This document shows positions 26,080-38,404 of a stretch of 42,115 bases of DNA, piece after piece. The stretch spans positions 1-42,115 of the forward strand of contig JAUCBJ010008700.1 in assembly GCA_032718475.1 (NCBI GenBank). Reading direction: 5' to 3'. Position numbers and translations under genes: made by a program. Each line of letters begins with the position of its first letter. The stretch's first letter is position 1. The notes under the pieces are model-generated. The model worked only from the letters and a program-made list of their open reading frames with translations, was not told where the DNA came from and searched no databases. This DNA comes from Nemertoderma westbladi (taxonomy: Eukaryota; Animalia; Xenacoelomorpha).

Positions 26080-28175
26080 AGAAATTTAACCATACATCAA
26101 TAAATCAAAGAGAGAGAAAGGCGAGAGAAACTACGATTCCTCATCGAGTGCTTGGAAGGTTCCCCCAAGTTAATGGCTTTATAGTTTATCGGACATCCTG
26201 ACGGATTAAGACAAGTCTGGGATACACTTAACATCAGGTATGGTAATAGGCCTAACATAGCTAGATATCTGTATGCGAAATTAGTAGCGCCAAGGAAGTT
26301 TCCTAGCAATGGGATTATAGAGTTTTCCGATGAGATTCAGGAGATCTGTAGACAGTTAGACTGGTTGGGTAAGTCTCATGAATACCAAAGTTCTATAGTG
26401 GTAGGAGCTGTAGAGTCAACTTTGCCAAAGGGCGGAGTAGGTACTCGTTGGGACAAAAAGGTTCTATACTTTATGGACCACCATCAGAGAGATCCAACCA
26501 TGGCGGACCTTATGTCATTCTTAAACGGAGAGGTAATAAATAAACGTAATAAACGGAGAGGTAAAGAGATTACAGCTAATAAAACAGTCTAGAGAGAAGA
26601 CTCCAGAAACCAAGGAAAGTGAGAAACCTGTTACTAGGAGAAAGATAACACCAGTATGTTATACTGATTATGAGATTCAAACGTCCTATGATGAAGACAG
26701 TGGCAAGGACACCGAAAGGACTTATTATACGAGTAAAGGTAAGGACATAAGTAAACCCAAGGTTCGAACTAGTAGCAAGGGAGAACAACTTAGAACTCCT
26801 CCTACGTCTCCCAAGAGAATTCCTGGTAGGAAACCCGAAGAAAGAACTCACGTACAAAACACCATGCATACCAAGGTAAGTAACATCAAACCTAAGTGTG
26901 TATTGTGCAAAGGGCCCCATCGCTTGAGTGGGTGTGAGGAATTCTTAAAGAAATAACTAAAAGATAGACGTAGTGTAACTTGGGATAAAAGGTTATGTTA
27001 CAATTGCCTCAGGAGAGGACATCGAAGGAAAACCTGTTACTCAGATGTGAGGTGCGCTAAGTGTGGAGCGAAACATCATATCCTACAGCATACCGAGTTC
27101 GATAAGGTAAGTGAACCAAAACTGCATGTGCAGTTCAGTGACGTAAACGACACAGATCAGAGTTCGGAGATGGAAGGATTCTATATGGATGAGTTTTCTG
27201 ATGAAAATGAATCCTGCTATATGATCAACACAGCCGTATATCAAGCCGTTACTTATGAGGCAGCGACTGATGGAGAGGAATCCCAACTACCCATTCCGGA
27301 TCGACAGCCCTCATGGAAGGTTTCGCAACCATCTGTCAGCATCAGAGAGTTTCCAGTGGTGCAGCTTAGGGTACATGGACAAGGTAAGAGCCTTAATGTT
27401 AATGCCCTCCTTGATTCAGGTAGTACAGGCACCTTCATCGATAAAGATTTGGCCGAGGATATATTCGCTGGTCAAGAGAGATTCCAAACCAAACTGAATC
27501 TTTCCAGGATCATGCAAGTATGGAAATCTACTGTTTCTACAGATTTCCACTTAGTATCATTGTCGACTCCCCAAGACAAATCAGATGAGGACAGTATAAG
27601 GTCAGTTAAAATGGTGGCCATTAATAACTTTGCTGCTAGTCAAGTAGAGCCTTATAACTGGGACGAGGACAACTTTGCCCATCAACATAATGTCCTCAGA
27701 TTTAGAACAGATTACCCAGGGGTACAAATATTACTCGGCCAGAACGTGCATGAAGCACTAGAAACCATTGAGAAATGGCCTGCTCGACCTCTACCCTTAC
27801 AAACGTATGCGGGACGAACTAGAGTAGGTTGGTATTTCACAGGACCATCTAGAAGCACTTTGAAGGAAAGATTAGAAAGCGAACAAATCCATCAGGTAAG
27901 AGAGTGTGTGGAAACCATGAAAGAAGAGGACATCATAGCTGAGGGAAGCTGTAACACAGGAAGCTGTAGAACCCAACTCTTACGATAAAGCATTATCAGT
28001 AGAGGAAGAAGGGGGTAAAACAAATCCAGGTGACGACTACTCGTAACATTAAGGAGGAGGGTCGTTACGAGATAGGCTGCCTTTTAGGAGGAGAGAACCC
28101 AGCTTTATTAATAACCGACCTTTAGCCATCAAAAGAATCGAACAACTGCACCGGCGCTTATCATCCAACGATCGA
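26080..28175 (+). mobile_element. Decayed, truncated BEL/Pao LTR-retrotransposon gag-protease region
   Basis: KLRFLIECLEG...VWDTLNIRYG (capsid-like, DUF1759 type); triple knuckle CVLCKGPHRLSGC / CYNCLRRGHRRKTC / CAKCGAKHHILQH; protease ALLDSGSTGTFI; ILLG...TRVGWYFTGP; GRYEI...NNRPLAIKRIEQLHRRL. Several stops and frameshifts; no RT, integrase or LTR seen. Confidence 0.88.
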
Positions 28176-28852
28176 GCCAAATATTTTTTTCTGTATCACA
28201 GCAACGTTAAGGTAATTATTGAACTCGCAGCTAGCTGGCTGGGCACAGATAAGGAGCAGGCAGGCTGGAGTGTTGATTGGGGTGGGTTGTCTGTTGGGAA
28301 CTGTCCAAGAGTAATTCTGCTTTCTCAATCAATGGCTGCATGGAAGGAGATGTTAACATTTTAGCTATTTTATTATTTTTTTTTTTTCATGGTGAGAATG
28401 ATAGTATAATAACATAGTTGATACAATGGATTTCAAATTGCACTATTACACCCTATCACCAAATTTGATTTATACAATGAGGTACAGTGATACGGATGTA
28501 AGGGGGAAATTCAAAACAGTTGGTTGTTTATGTTGTAGGCCTACTGGTCAGCTATTGTAGGCCTGTACACGACTGCGCTGTACTACCAGGCTACGGCTCA
28601 GTGTCGGCGTTGTCCAACCGAATGGAGGCATCAGACACTGGACAATGAACCGGCCGTTTAGAGGATGACCTACAACCTCGAAGGCAGAGCAGAGAGGAAC
28701 GAAGCAACGCGAAGTTTAACTTGCGCCGCATCCACGTGACGCATTCCGAGTACCTGACCTCGCGTTTGTCCGCGAGCTTCTGCTATTTTATTGTTTTACT
28801 GTAGTAAAGTGATTATTTCTGTAGGTCTACTTACTGTATTATTATTATTTTA

Positions 28853-29824
28853 TCTAATCTAATATACCGGTATATAAAAATCAATTGTCTGTTTGTCATC
28901 GGCTATACAATCAAACCCATCTCAATGAAATCTTGCTTACTATAGCTTGTTAGAAAGGTCTCACCCTAACTCGTTGCAACATAATATTCAGAGCCGTCTG
29001 AAGTTCCACCATCTGCCGCTAGAGGGTGAATTGCCTTAAGTGAAAATCTTCTCTAACTTTGTTATTTACAATCCGTTTAAGATAAAACTTTGCAGGTGTC
29101 TAATTTAGCAAAGGCTGCATTTTTACAGAGACGCAGATAAATTTGCATTTCTCCAGTCTGCCGCTAGAGGGTGAAATCACTGAAAGTGACCACCTTCTCC
29201 AACTTCGTTATTTACTATACATTTAGACTGAAACTTGGTAGGCATCTATTACAGCATAGGCTATATCTTTATGGAGTCATAGAGTCGTCTACAGATCCCC
29301 CGCCTGCCGCTAGAGGGCGAATTGTCTGGTAGAGAAAAACTGATCTCATTTGGTTGTTTTTAATTCTTTTCAGCTGAAACTTGGTAGGTATCTACTACAG
29401 CATAGGCTCAATCTTTACGGAGTCGCTGAGTCGTCTATAGTTCCCCATTCTTCAGCTAGAGGGCGAAATGTCTCAAAGTGAACATTTTCTCGAAATTTTG
29501 TTATTTACATCTGTTTAAGCTGAAACCTGACAAGCAGGCATCTTACTTCACTTTACCATAAACTCCATCTTTTCAGAACTGCAGCTCCATCTGCATTTCA
29601 TGCAGTCTGCAGGTAGAGGGTAAAATGTCCGAAAGTGATCATTTTCTCGAAATTAGGTTATTTACAATAAGCTGAAGCTAAAGTTGAAACTTGACAGTTA
29701 TCTCCTATGGGGTGGTGTTTTATTTTATGATGGTGTCTGTTTCGTTGTAGTTCTCCAATCTGTGACACACTTCTCCTCACATATGCAAATATCACCTGCT
29801 CGCTCATGCACTAGAAAGTTCTAG
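28853..29824 (+). mobile_element. Probable non-autonomous Helitron (~970 bp) with internal tandem repeats
   Basis: Starts A|TCTAATCTAATATA...TATATAAAAA..TGTCTGTTTGTC and ends ACTAGAAAGTTCTAG|T: TC...CTAG termini between A and T, no TSD, terminal palindrome. The canonical GC-rich subterminal hairpin is not clear. Confidence 0.6.
28985..29705 (+). repeat. Five diverged ~146-bp tandem units, each with a CTCF-like motif
   Basis: (c)cgctagaggg(c/t)g-like motifs at 29016, 29161, 29307, 29453, 29610 (spacings 145, 146, 146, 157); recurring gttatttac and ctgaaacttg. Confidence 0.85.
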
Positions 29825-30553
29825 TTATCTAATATATATATCTAACTGAATGTACAACTAATTACTGTAAGTATAAAGCTTCGGCGCTTATAGACTGCTT
29901 CAAGGGGGGGTGATAGTTACGTGTAAACCGTTCTGTTATATTGTGTTGTTGGCGAGTAAATCTACGTGTGACTTACATATATTACAGGTAGGACACTATG
30001 TTGACTCAGTGCAGGGTAAGCGCACAGTTCACTCCTGCTGCATGCATAATATTAGTAGATGATATTTACTACTAGTTGGGGAATAATATTGCAGTACTAT
30101 GGACGCACACACTCGCACTAAAATGAACCGAATCTATTACAGACAGGGTGCAGTCAGCACTAACCGTGTGGAAATCGACTTGGTTTGATCTCTGGTCTCG
30201 TATATTCATTAACAATAGCAATGCAATAACAGTAATTAATAAGAATGCAAGCAAGTATACAACAAGATGTTAAATTGCATACAGCAAGGTGAAATACTAT
30301 GAGTCCTGCAAATTACAATGACTTGCAACAGGCTTAATATTATGTTAAGGTTACGCCTGGAAATAATGGGATGAACATCGACTATATAAACAAGTAATAC
30401 AGCAAAATAGAACAGCCAATAGGACGCAAGAATGCCTGCTCCGGTAGTTACCAATGAGATTTCAGTACTACCACAACTGCTGCTAGGCAACATATAAACA
30501 AGGTTCATGGTGGTATACAACACAAATTAGGCATAAATGTTCTCTCAATGTAG

Positions 30554-31298
30554 CTCACCCATTGTGGTGAACAGGCATTCCTTTAGGAAACAAAGTGGAA
30601 GGGTTTACTATGGAAGATCAACCATGGTGGTGAACAGGCATTCCTTTAGGAAACCGAGTGGAAGGGTATCCTGTGGAAGATCACCAATGGTGGTGAACAG
30701 GAATTCTTCTAGGAAACAGAGTGGAAGGGTTTACTGTGGAAGATCACCAATGGTGGTGAACAGGAATTCCTTTAGGAAACAGAGTGGAAGGGTTTACTGT
30801 GGAAGATCACCCATGGTGGTGAACAAGAATTCCTTTTAGGAAACAGAGTGGAAGGGTTTACTGTGGAAGATCACCCATGGTGGTGAACAGGCATTCTTTT
30901 AGGAAACAGAGTGAAAGGGTTTACTATGGAAGATCAACCATGGTGGTATACAGGCATTCCTTTAGGAAACAGAGTGGAAGGCGTTTACTGTGGAAGATCA
31001 CCCATGGTGGTGAACAGGAATTCATTTAGGAAACAGAGTGGAAGGGTTTACTGTGGAAGATCACCCATGGTGGTGAACAGGCATTCATTTAGGAAACAGA
31101 GTGGAAGGGTTTACTGTGGAAGATCACCCACGGTGGTGAACAGGCATTCCTTTTGGAAACAGAGTGGAAGGCGTTTGCTGTGGAAGATCACCCATGGTGG
31201 TGAACAGGCATTCCTTTAGGAAACAGGGTGGAGGGTTTACTGTGGAAGATCACCCATGGTGGTGAACAGGCATTCCTTTAGGAATGCCTGTTCACCAC
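30554..31298. repeat. 63-bp minisatellite, ~11.5 copies, ending in a perfect fold-back
   Basis: Unit atggtggtgaacaggcattcctttaggaaacagagtggaagggtttactgtggaagatcaccc. Confidence 0.95.
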
Positions 31299-31470
31299 AG
31301 AAAGTTAATGAATGTGGATACCGCTTGGGGTTAGCGAGTGATGACGCATGACGGCCCTTGTATGTTTTATCGTACTAAAAAAATGTATTTTTAAAATTTT
31401 TTTATAAATTGGACTCTTTTAATTTTCTTTCTCAAAAAATCTATGGTGCGCTGCGCCACGCGACCCTATT

Positions 31471-31485
31471 GTGGATCCGCGCCTG
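31471..31485. mobile_element. Possible orphan TIR of a hAT-like MITE
   Basis: gtggatccgcgcctg resembles the reverse complement of CAGGCGCGGATCC-type termini; partner TIR not found. Confidence 0.25.
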
Positions 31486-32058
31486 CATAGATCTGCTCCA
31501 CACAAGGCAGACGGAAAAGGGCCCACTATGAATAGGCCTACACCATCTCAGCTAAGGAAAATCTTTCTTAGCGAAAGTAGTTGATTTTCCTTAGCTTCGT
31601 GGATTAGTGCTACTAGCAGTATCAGTAGGCCTACAGTAGTACAGTATTATGAGTACAGTAGTCTGCCTTGCCACATAATTGACAGAATAAAATTTTCCAT
31701 TCCATTTCACTGATCCCGCAATATGATATCGTAAGCAAAACATTTGCGTAACGGATATACAACTGGCATGAGTTACATTTCATAAATAATTCACAGCTAT
31801 AATATAGACGCATGTTATATTATATATTTGTTTGTACTAATAAATCACTACATAACACAATATGATGTTATTACAAAATAGATTGTACAAGATAATTGTA
31901 CCAATATCAATACACATATAATAATATTATAATTACAATGTTGATATTGATACAGCACAAATAGCATTTAACCATGTAGAACTAAACTAAACTATTTTAC
32001 ATAATAAACAGCATAATAATAGTGTTTTATTTTAGAGATTTTTTTGGGAAAGTCGCGG

Positions 32059-35000
32059 CTGTTTATGACATGCACTGCACAGCACACTGTAATGTATAGA
32101 TAGAGTGTACGGTGAACTCTGTTTATAGGACATGCACAGCACACTGTAATGTATAGATAGAGTGTACGGTGAACTCTGTATATAGGACATGCACAGCACA
32201 CTGTAATGTATAGATAGAGTGTACGGTGAACTCTGTATATAGGACATGCACAGCACACTGTAATGTATAGATAGAGTGTACGGTGAACTCTGTTTATAGG
32301 ACATGCACAGCACACTGTAATGTATAGATAGAGTGTACGGTGAACTCTCTTTATAGGACATGCACAGCACACTGTAATGTATAGATAGAGTGTACGGTGA
32401 ACTCTGTATATAGGACATGCACAGCACACTGTAATGTATAGATAGAGTGTACGGTGAACTCTGTTTATAGGACATGCACAGCACACTGTAATGTATAGAT
32501 AGAGTGTACGGTGAACTCTGTATATAGGACATGCACAGCACACTGTAATGTATAGATAGAGTGTACGGTGAACTCTCTTTATAGGACATGCACAGCACAC
32601 TGTAATGTATAGATAGAGTGTACGGTGAACTCTGTATATAGGACATGCACAGCACACTGTAATGTATAGATAGAGTGTACGGTGAACTCTGTTTATAGGA
32701 CATGCACAGCACACTGTAATGTATAGATAGAGTGTACGGTGAACTCTGTTTATAGGACATGAACAGCACACTGTAATGTATAGATAGAGTGTACGGTGAA
32801 CTCTGTTTATAGGACATGCACAGCACACTGTAATGTATAGATAGAGTGTACGGTGAACTCTGTATATAGGACATGCACAGCACACTGTAATGTATAGATA
32901 GAGTGTACGGTGAACTCTCTTTATAGGACATGCACAGCACACTGTAATGTATAGATAGAGTGTACGGTGAACTCTGTTTATAGGACATGAACAGCACACT
33001 GTAATGTATAGATAGAGTGTACGGTGAACTCTGTTTATAGGACATGCACAGCACACTGTAATGTATAGATAGAGTGTACGGTGAACTCTGTATATAGGAC
33101 ATGCACAGCACACTGTAATGTATAGATAGAGTGTACGGTGAACTCTCTTTATAGGACATGCACAGCACACTGTAATGTATAGATAGAGTGTACGGTGAAC
33201 TCTGTATATAGGACATGCACAGCACACTGTAATGTATAGATAGAGTGTACGGTGAACTCTCTTTATAGGACATGCACAGCACACTGTAATGTATAGATAG
33301 AGTGTACGGTGAACTCTGTATATAGGACATGCACAGCACACTGTAATGTATAGATAGAGTGTACGGTGAACTCTCTTTATAGGACATGCACAGCACACTG
33401 TAATGTATAGATAGAGTGTACGGTGAACTCTGTTTATAGGACATGCACAGCACACTGTAATGTATAGATAGAGTGTACGGTGAACTCTGTTTATAGGACA
33501 TGCACAGCACACTGTAATGTATAGATAGAGTGTACGGTGAACTCTGTTTATAGGACATGCACAGCACACTGTAATGTATAGATAGAGTGTACGGTGAACT
33601 CTGTTTATAGGACATGCACAGCACACTGTAATGTATAGATAGAGTGTACGGTGAACTCTGTTTATAGGACATGCACAGCACACTGTAATGTATAGATAGA
33701 GTGTACGGTGAACTCTCTTTATAGGACATGCACAGCACACTGTAATGTATAGATAGAGTGTACGGTGAACTCTGTTTATAGGACATGCACAGCACACTGT
33801 AATGTATAGATAGAGTGTACGGTGAACTCTCTTTATAGGACATGCACAGCACACTGTAATGTATAGATAGAGTGTACGGTGAACTCTGTTTATAGGACAT
33901 GCACAGCACACTGTAATGTATAGATAGAGTGTACGGTGAACTCTCTTTATAGGACATGCACAGCACACTGTAATGTATAGATAGAGTGTACGGTGAACTC
34001 TGTTTATAGGACATGCACAGCACACTGTAATGTATAGATAGAGTGTACGGTGAACTCTCTTTATAGGACATGCACAGCACACTGTAATGTATAGATAGAG
34101 TGTACGGTGAACTCTGTTTATAGGACATGCACAGCACACTGTAATGTATAGATAGAGTGTACGGTGAACTCTCTTTATAGGACATGCACAGCACACTGTA
34201 ATGTATAGATAGAGTGTACGGTGAACTCTGTTTATAGGACATGCACAGCACACTGTAATGTATAGATAGAGTGTACGGTGAACTCTCTTTATAGGACATG
34301 CACAGCACACTGTAATGTATAGATAGAGTGTACGGTGAACTCTGTTTATAGGACATGCACAGCACACTGTAATGTATAGATAGAGTGTACGGTGAACTCT
34401 CTTTATAGGACATGCACAGCACACTGTAATGTATAGATAGAGTGTACGGTGAACTCTGTTTATAGGACATGCACAGCACACTGTAATGTATAGATAGAGT
34501 GTACGGTGAACTCTCTTTATAGGACATGCACAGCACACTGTAATGTATAGATAGAGTGTACGGTGAACTCTGTTTATAGGACATGCACAGCACACTGTAA
34601 TGTATAGATAGAGTGTACGGTGAACTCTCTTTATAGGACATGCACAGCACACTGTAATGTATAGATAGAGTGTACGGTGAACTCTGTTTATAGGACATGC
34701 ACAGCACACTGTAATGTATAGATAGAGTGTACGGTGAACTCTCTTTATAGGACATGCACAGCACACTGTAATGTATAGATAGAGTGTACGGTGAACTCTG
34801 TTTATAGGACATGCACAGCACACTGTAATGTATAGATAGAGTGTACGGTGAACTCTCTTTATAGGACATGCACAGCACACTGTAATGTATAGATAGAGTG
34901 TACGGTGAACTCTGTTTATAGGACATGCACAGCACACTGTAATGTATAGATAGAGTGTACGGTGAACTCTCTTTATAGGACATGCACAGCACACTGTAAT

Positions 35001-37648
35001 GTATAGATAGAGTGTACGGTGAACTCTGTTTATAGGACATGCACAGCACACTGTAATGTATAGATAGAGTGTACGGTGAACTCTCTTTATAGGACATGCA
35101 CAGCACACTGTAATGTATAGATAGAGTGTACGGTGAACTCTGTTTATAGGACATGCACAGCACACTGTAATGTATAGATAGAGTGTACGGTGAACTCTCT
35201 TTATAGGACATGCACAGCACACTGTAATGTATAGATAGAGTGTACGGTGAACTCTGTTTATAGGACATGCACAGCACACTGTAATGTATAGATAGAGTGT
35301 ACGGTGAACTCTCTTTATAGGACATGCACAGCACACTGTAATGTATAGATAGAGTGTACGGTGAACTCTGTTTATAGGACATGCACAGCACACTGTAATG
35401 TATAGATAGAGTGTACGGTGAACTCTGTTTATAGGACATGCACAGCACACTGTAATGTATAGATAGAGTGTACGGTGAACTCTGTTTATAGGACATGCAC
35501 AGCACACTGTAATGTATAGATAGAGTGTACGGTGAACTCTGTTTATAGGACATGCACAGCACACTGTAATGTATAGATAGAGTGTACGGTGAACTCTGTT
35601 TATAGGACATGCACAGCACACTGTAATGTATAGATAGAGTGTACGGTGAACTCTCTTTATAGGACATGCACAGCACACTGTAATGTATAGATAGAGTGTA
35701 CGGTGAACTCTGTTTATAGGACATGCACAGCACACTGTAATGTATAGATAGAGTGTACGGTGAACTCTCTTTATAGGACATGCACAGCACACTGTAATGT
35801 ATAGATAGAGTGTACGGTGAACTCTGTTTATAGGACATGCACAGCACACTGTAATGTATAGATAGAGTGTACGGTGAACTCTGTTTATAGGACATGCACA
35901 GCACACTGTAATGTATAGATAGAGTGTACGGTGAACTCTGTTTATAGGACATGCACAGCACACTGTAATGTATAGATAGAGTGTACGGTGAACTCTCTTT
36001 ATAGGACATGCACAGCACACTGTAATGTATAGATAGAGTGTACGGTGAACTCTGTTTATAGGACATGCACAGCACACTGTAATGTATAGATAGAGTGTAC
36101 GGTGAACTCTGTTTATAGGACATGCACAGCACACTGTAATGTATAGATAGAGTGTACGGTGAACTCTGTTTATAGGACATGCACAGCACACTGTAATGTA
36201 TAGATAGAGTGTACGGTGAACTCTGTTTATAGGACATGCACAGCACACTGTAATGTATAGATAGAGTGTACGGTGAACTCTGTTTATAGGACATGCACAG
36301 CACACTGTAATGTATAGATAGAGTGTACGGTGAACTCTCTTTATAGGACATGCACAGCACACTGTAATGTATAGATAGAGTGTACGGTGAACTCTGTTTA
36401 TAGGACATGCACAGCACACTGTAATGTATAGATAGAGTGTACGGTGAACTCTCTTTATAGGACATGCACAGCACACTGTAATGTATAGATAGAGTGTACG
36501 GTGAACTCTGTTTATAGGACATGCACAGCACACTGTAATGTATAGATAGAGTGTACGGTGAACTCTGTTTATAGGACATGCACAGCACACTGTAATGTAT
36601 AGATAGAGTGTACGGTGAACTCTGTTTATAGGACATGCACAGCACACTGTAATGTATAGATAGAGTGTACGGTGAACTCTGTTTATAGGACATGCACAGC
36701 ACACTGTAATGTATAGATAGAGTGTACGGTGAACTCTGTTTATAGGACATGCACAGCACACTGTAATGTATAGATAGAGTGTACGGTGAACTCTGTTTAT
36801 AGGACATGCACAGCACACTGTAATGTATAGATAGAGTGTACGGTGAACTCTGTTTATAGGACATGCACAGCACACTGTAATGTATAGATAGAGTGTACGG
36901 TGAACTCTGTTTATAGGACATGCACAGCACACTGTAATGTATAGATAGAGTGTACGGTGAACTCTGTTTATAGGACATGCACAGCACACTGTAATGTATA
37001 GATAGAGTGTACGGTGAACTCTCTTTATAGGACATGCACAGCACACTGTAATGTATAGATAGAGTGTACGGTGAACTCTGTTTATAGGACATGCACAGCA
37101 CACTGTAATGTATAGATAGAGTGTACGGTGAACTCTGTTTATAGGACATGCACAGCACACTGTAATGTATAGATAGAGTGTACGGTGAACTCTGTTTATA
37201 GGACATGCACAGCACACTGTAATGTATAGATAGAGTGTACGGTGAACTCTGTTTATAGGACATGCACAGCACACTGTAATGTATAGATAGAGTGTACGGT
37301 GAACTCTGTTTATAGGACATGCACAGCACACTGTAATGTATAGATAGAGTGTACGGTGAACTCTGTTTATAGGACATGCACAGCACACTGTAATGTATAG
37401 ATAGAGTGTACGGTGAACTCTGTTTATAGGACATGCACAGCACACTGTAATGTATAGATAGAGTGTACGGTGAACTCTGTTTATAGGACATGCACAGCAC
37501 ACTGTAATGTATAGATAGAGTGTACGGTGAACTCTGTTTATAGGACATGCACAGCACACTGTAATGTATAGATAGAGTGTACGGTGAACTCTGTTTATAG
37601 GACATGCACAGCACACTGTAATGTATAGATAGAGTGTACGGTGAACTC
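32059..37648. repeat. 57-bp satellite, ~98 near-identical copies with higher-order structure
   Basis: Unit gtttataggacatgcacagcacactgtaatgtatagatagagtgtacggtgaactct; variants gttt/gtat/cttt and catgc/catga. Confidence 0.98.
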
Positions 37649-38404
37649 AGATAAGCAAAGATACCAGATGACCTTTTTTTAAAAACAAAACTGTTACGAT
37701 TTTGCAAGTGATAGAGTAATTGATACGTAATTAGTTTCCTTTAATTAACTGTATATTTTTTATACATTGTCATAACTATTTTTCATTTCATTCTACAAAG
37801 GCATTCTCTCCTTTGTAAATCGAGCCACAATATCGCAATTACCATTGTATTTATGTGATAATAAATGTTCTAGTTCTAAAAAACATTACTAAAAGCTATG
37901 AAAAAGTGTAAGACAGAAAAAATTACTTGATCTGTATATTTTCCTCAGGAGGGGTAAATTGTTTTGTTACCATAGTAACAAAGTGAGTTTTGCTCTTAAT
38001 TATTGCGTAAACAACTCTCCCGCTACCTAAAACAAAGGGAAACCATATCCAAACACTTTATTGAGCATTGTTAATTATTTGTGAATAAACAAGATGTAAT
38101 GTTACGTATTTTGGAATTCTTGCAAAGCCAACAGGCAGTAAATTGGGGCTGTTTCCAAATAGTTCTAATCTAAAACACTATTATATTTTTATCTACCTAA
38201 ACTTTGATGCCATTGGTTATATAAATTAATATAATATTGTATATACTAATAATAGAGATAATAATTAAATATAATATAAATGAATTAGAAATAAACTACT
38301 AGATAAGTGTTGATTTCAAAAGGTCAATACGTAAGATAAATACTGCACACCACTGTTGGCAAAACTTGCAACAAAGTTACTAGAATAAATCGCCTGAATA
38401 AATC

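Noticed and set aside
28560-28790. GC-rich island as a possible ncRNA or exon
   Set aside because: No recognisable tRNA/snRNA motifs, ORF or splice pattern; probably a repeat fragment.
31992-37707. Two ~1880-aa minus-strand ORFs (CCACPINRVHRTLYLYITV and SSPYTLSIHYSVLCMSYKQ repeats)
   Set aside because: By-product of a 57-bp (3x19) unit with no stops in two frames; non-ATG starts, no unique domain, and two overlapping frames equally open.
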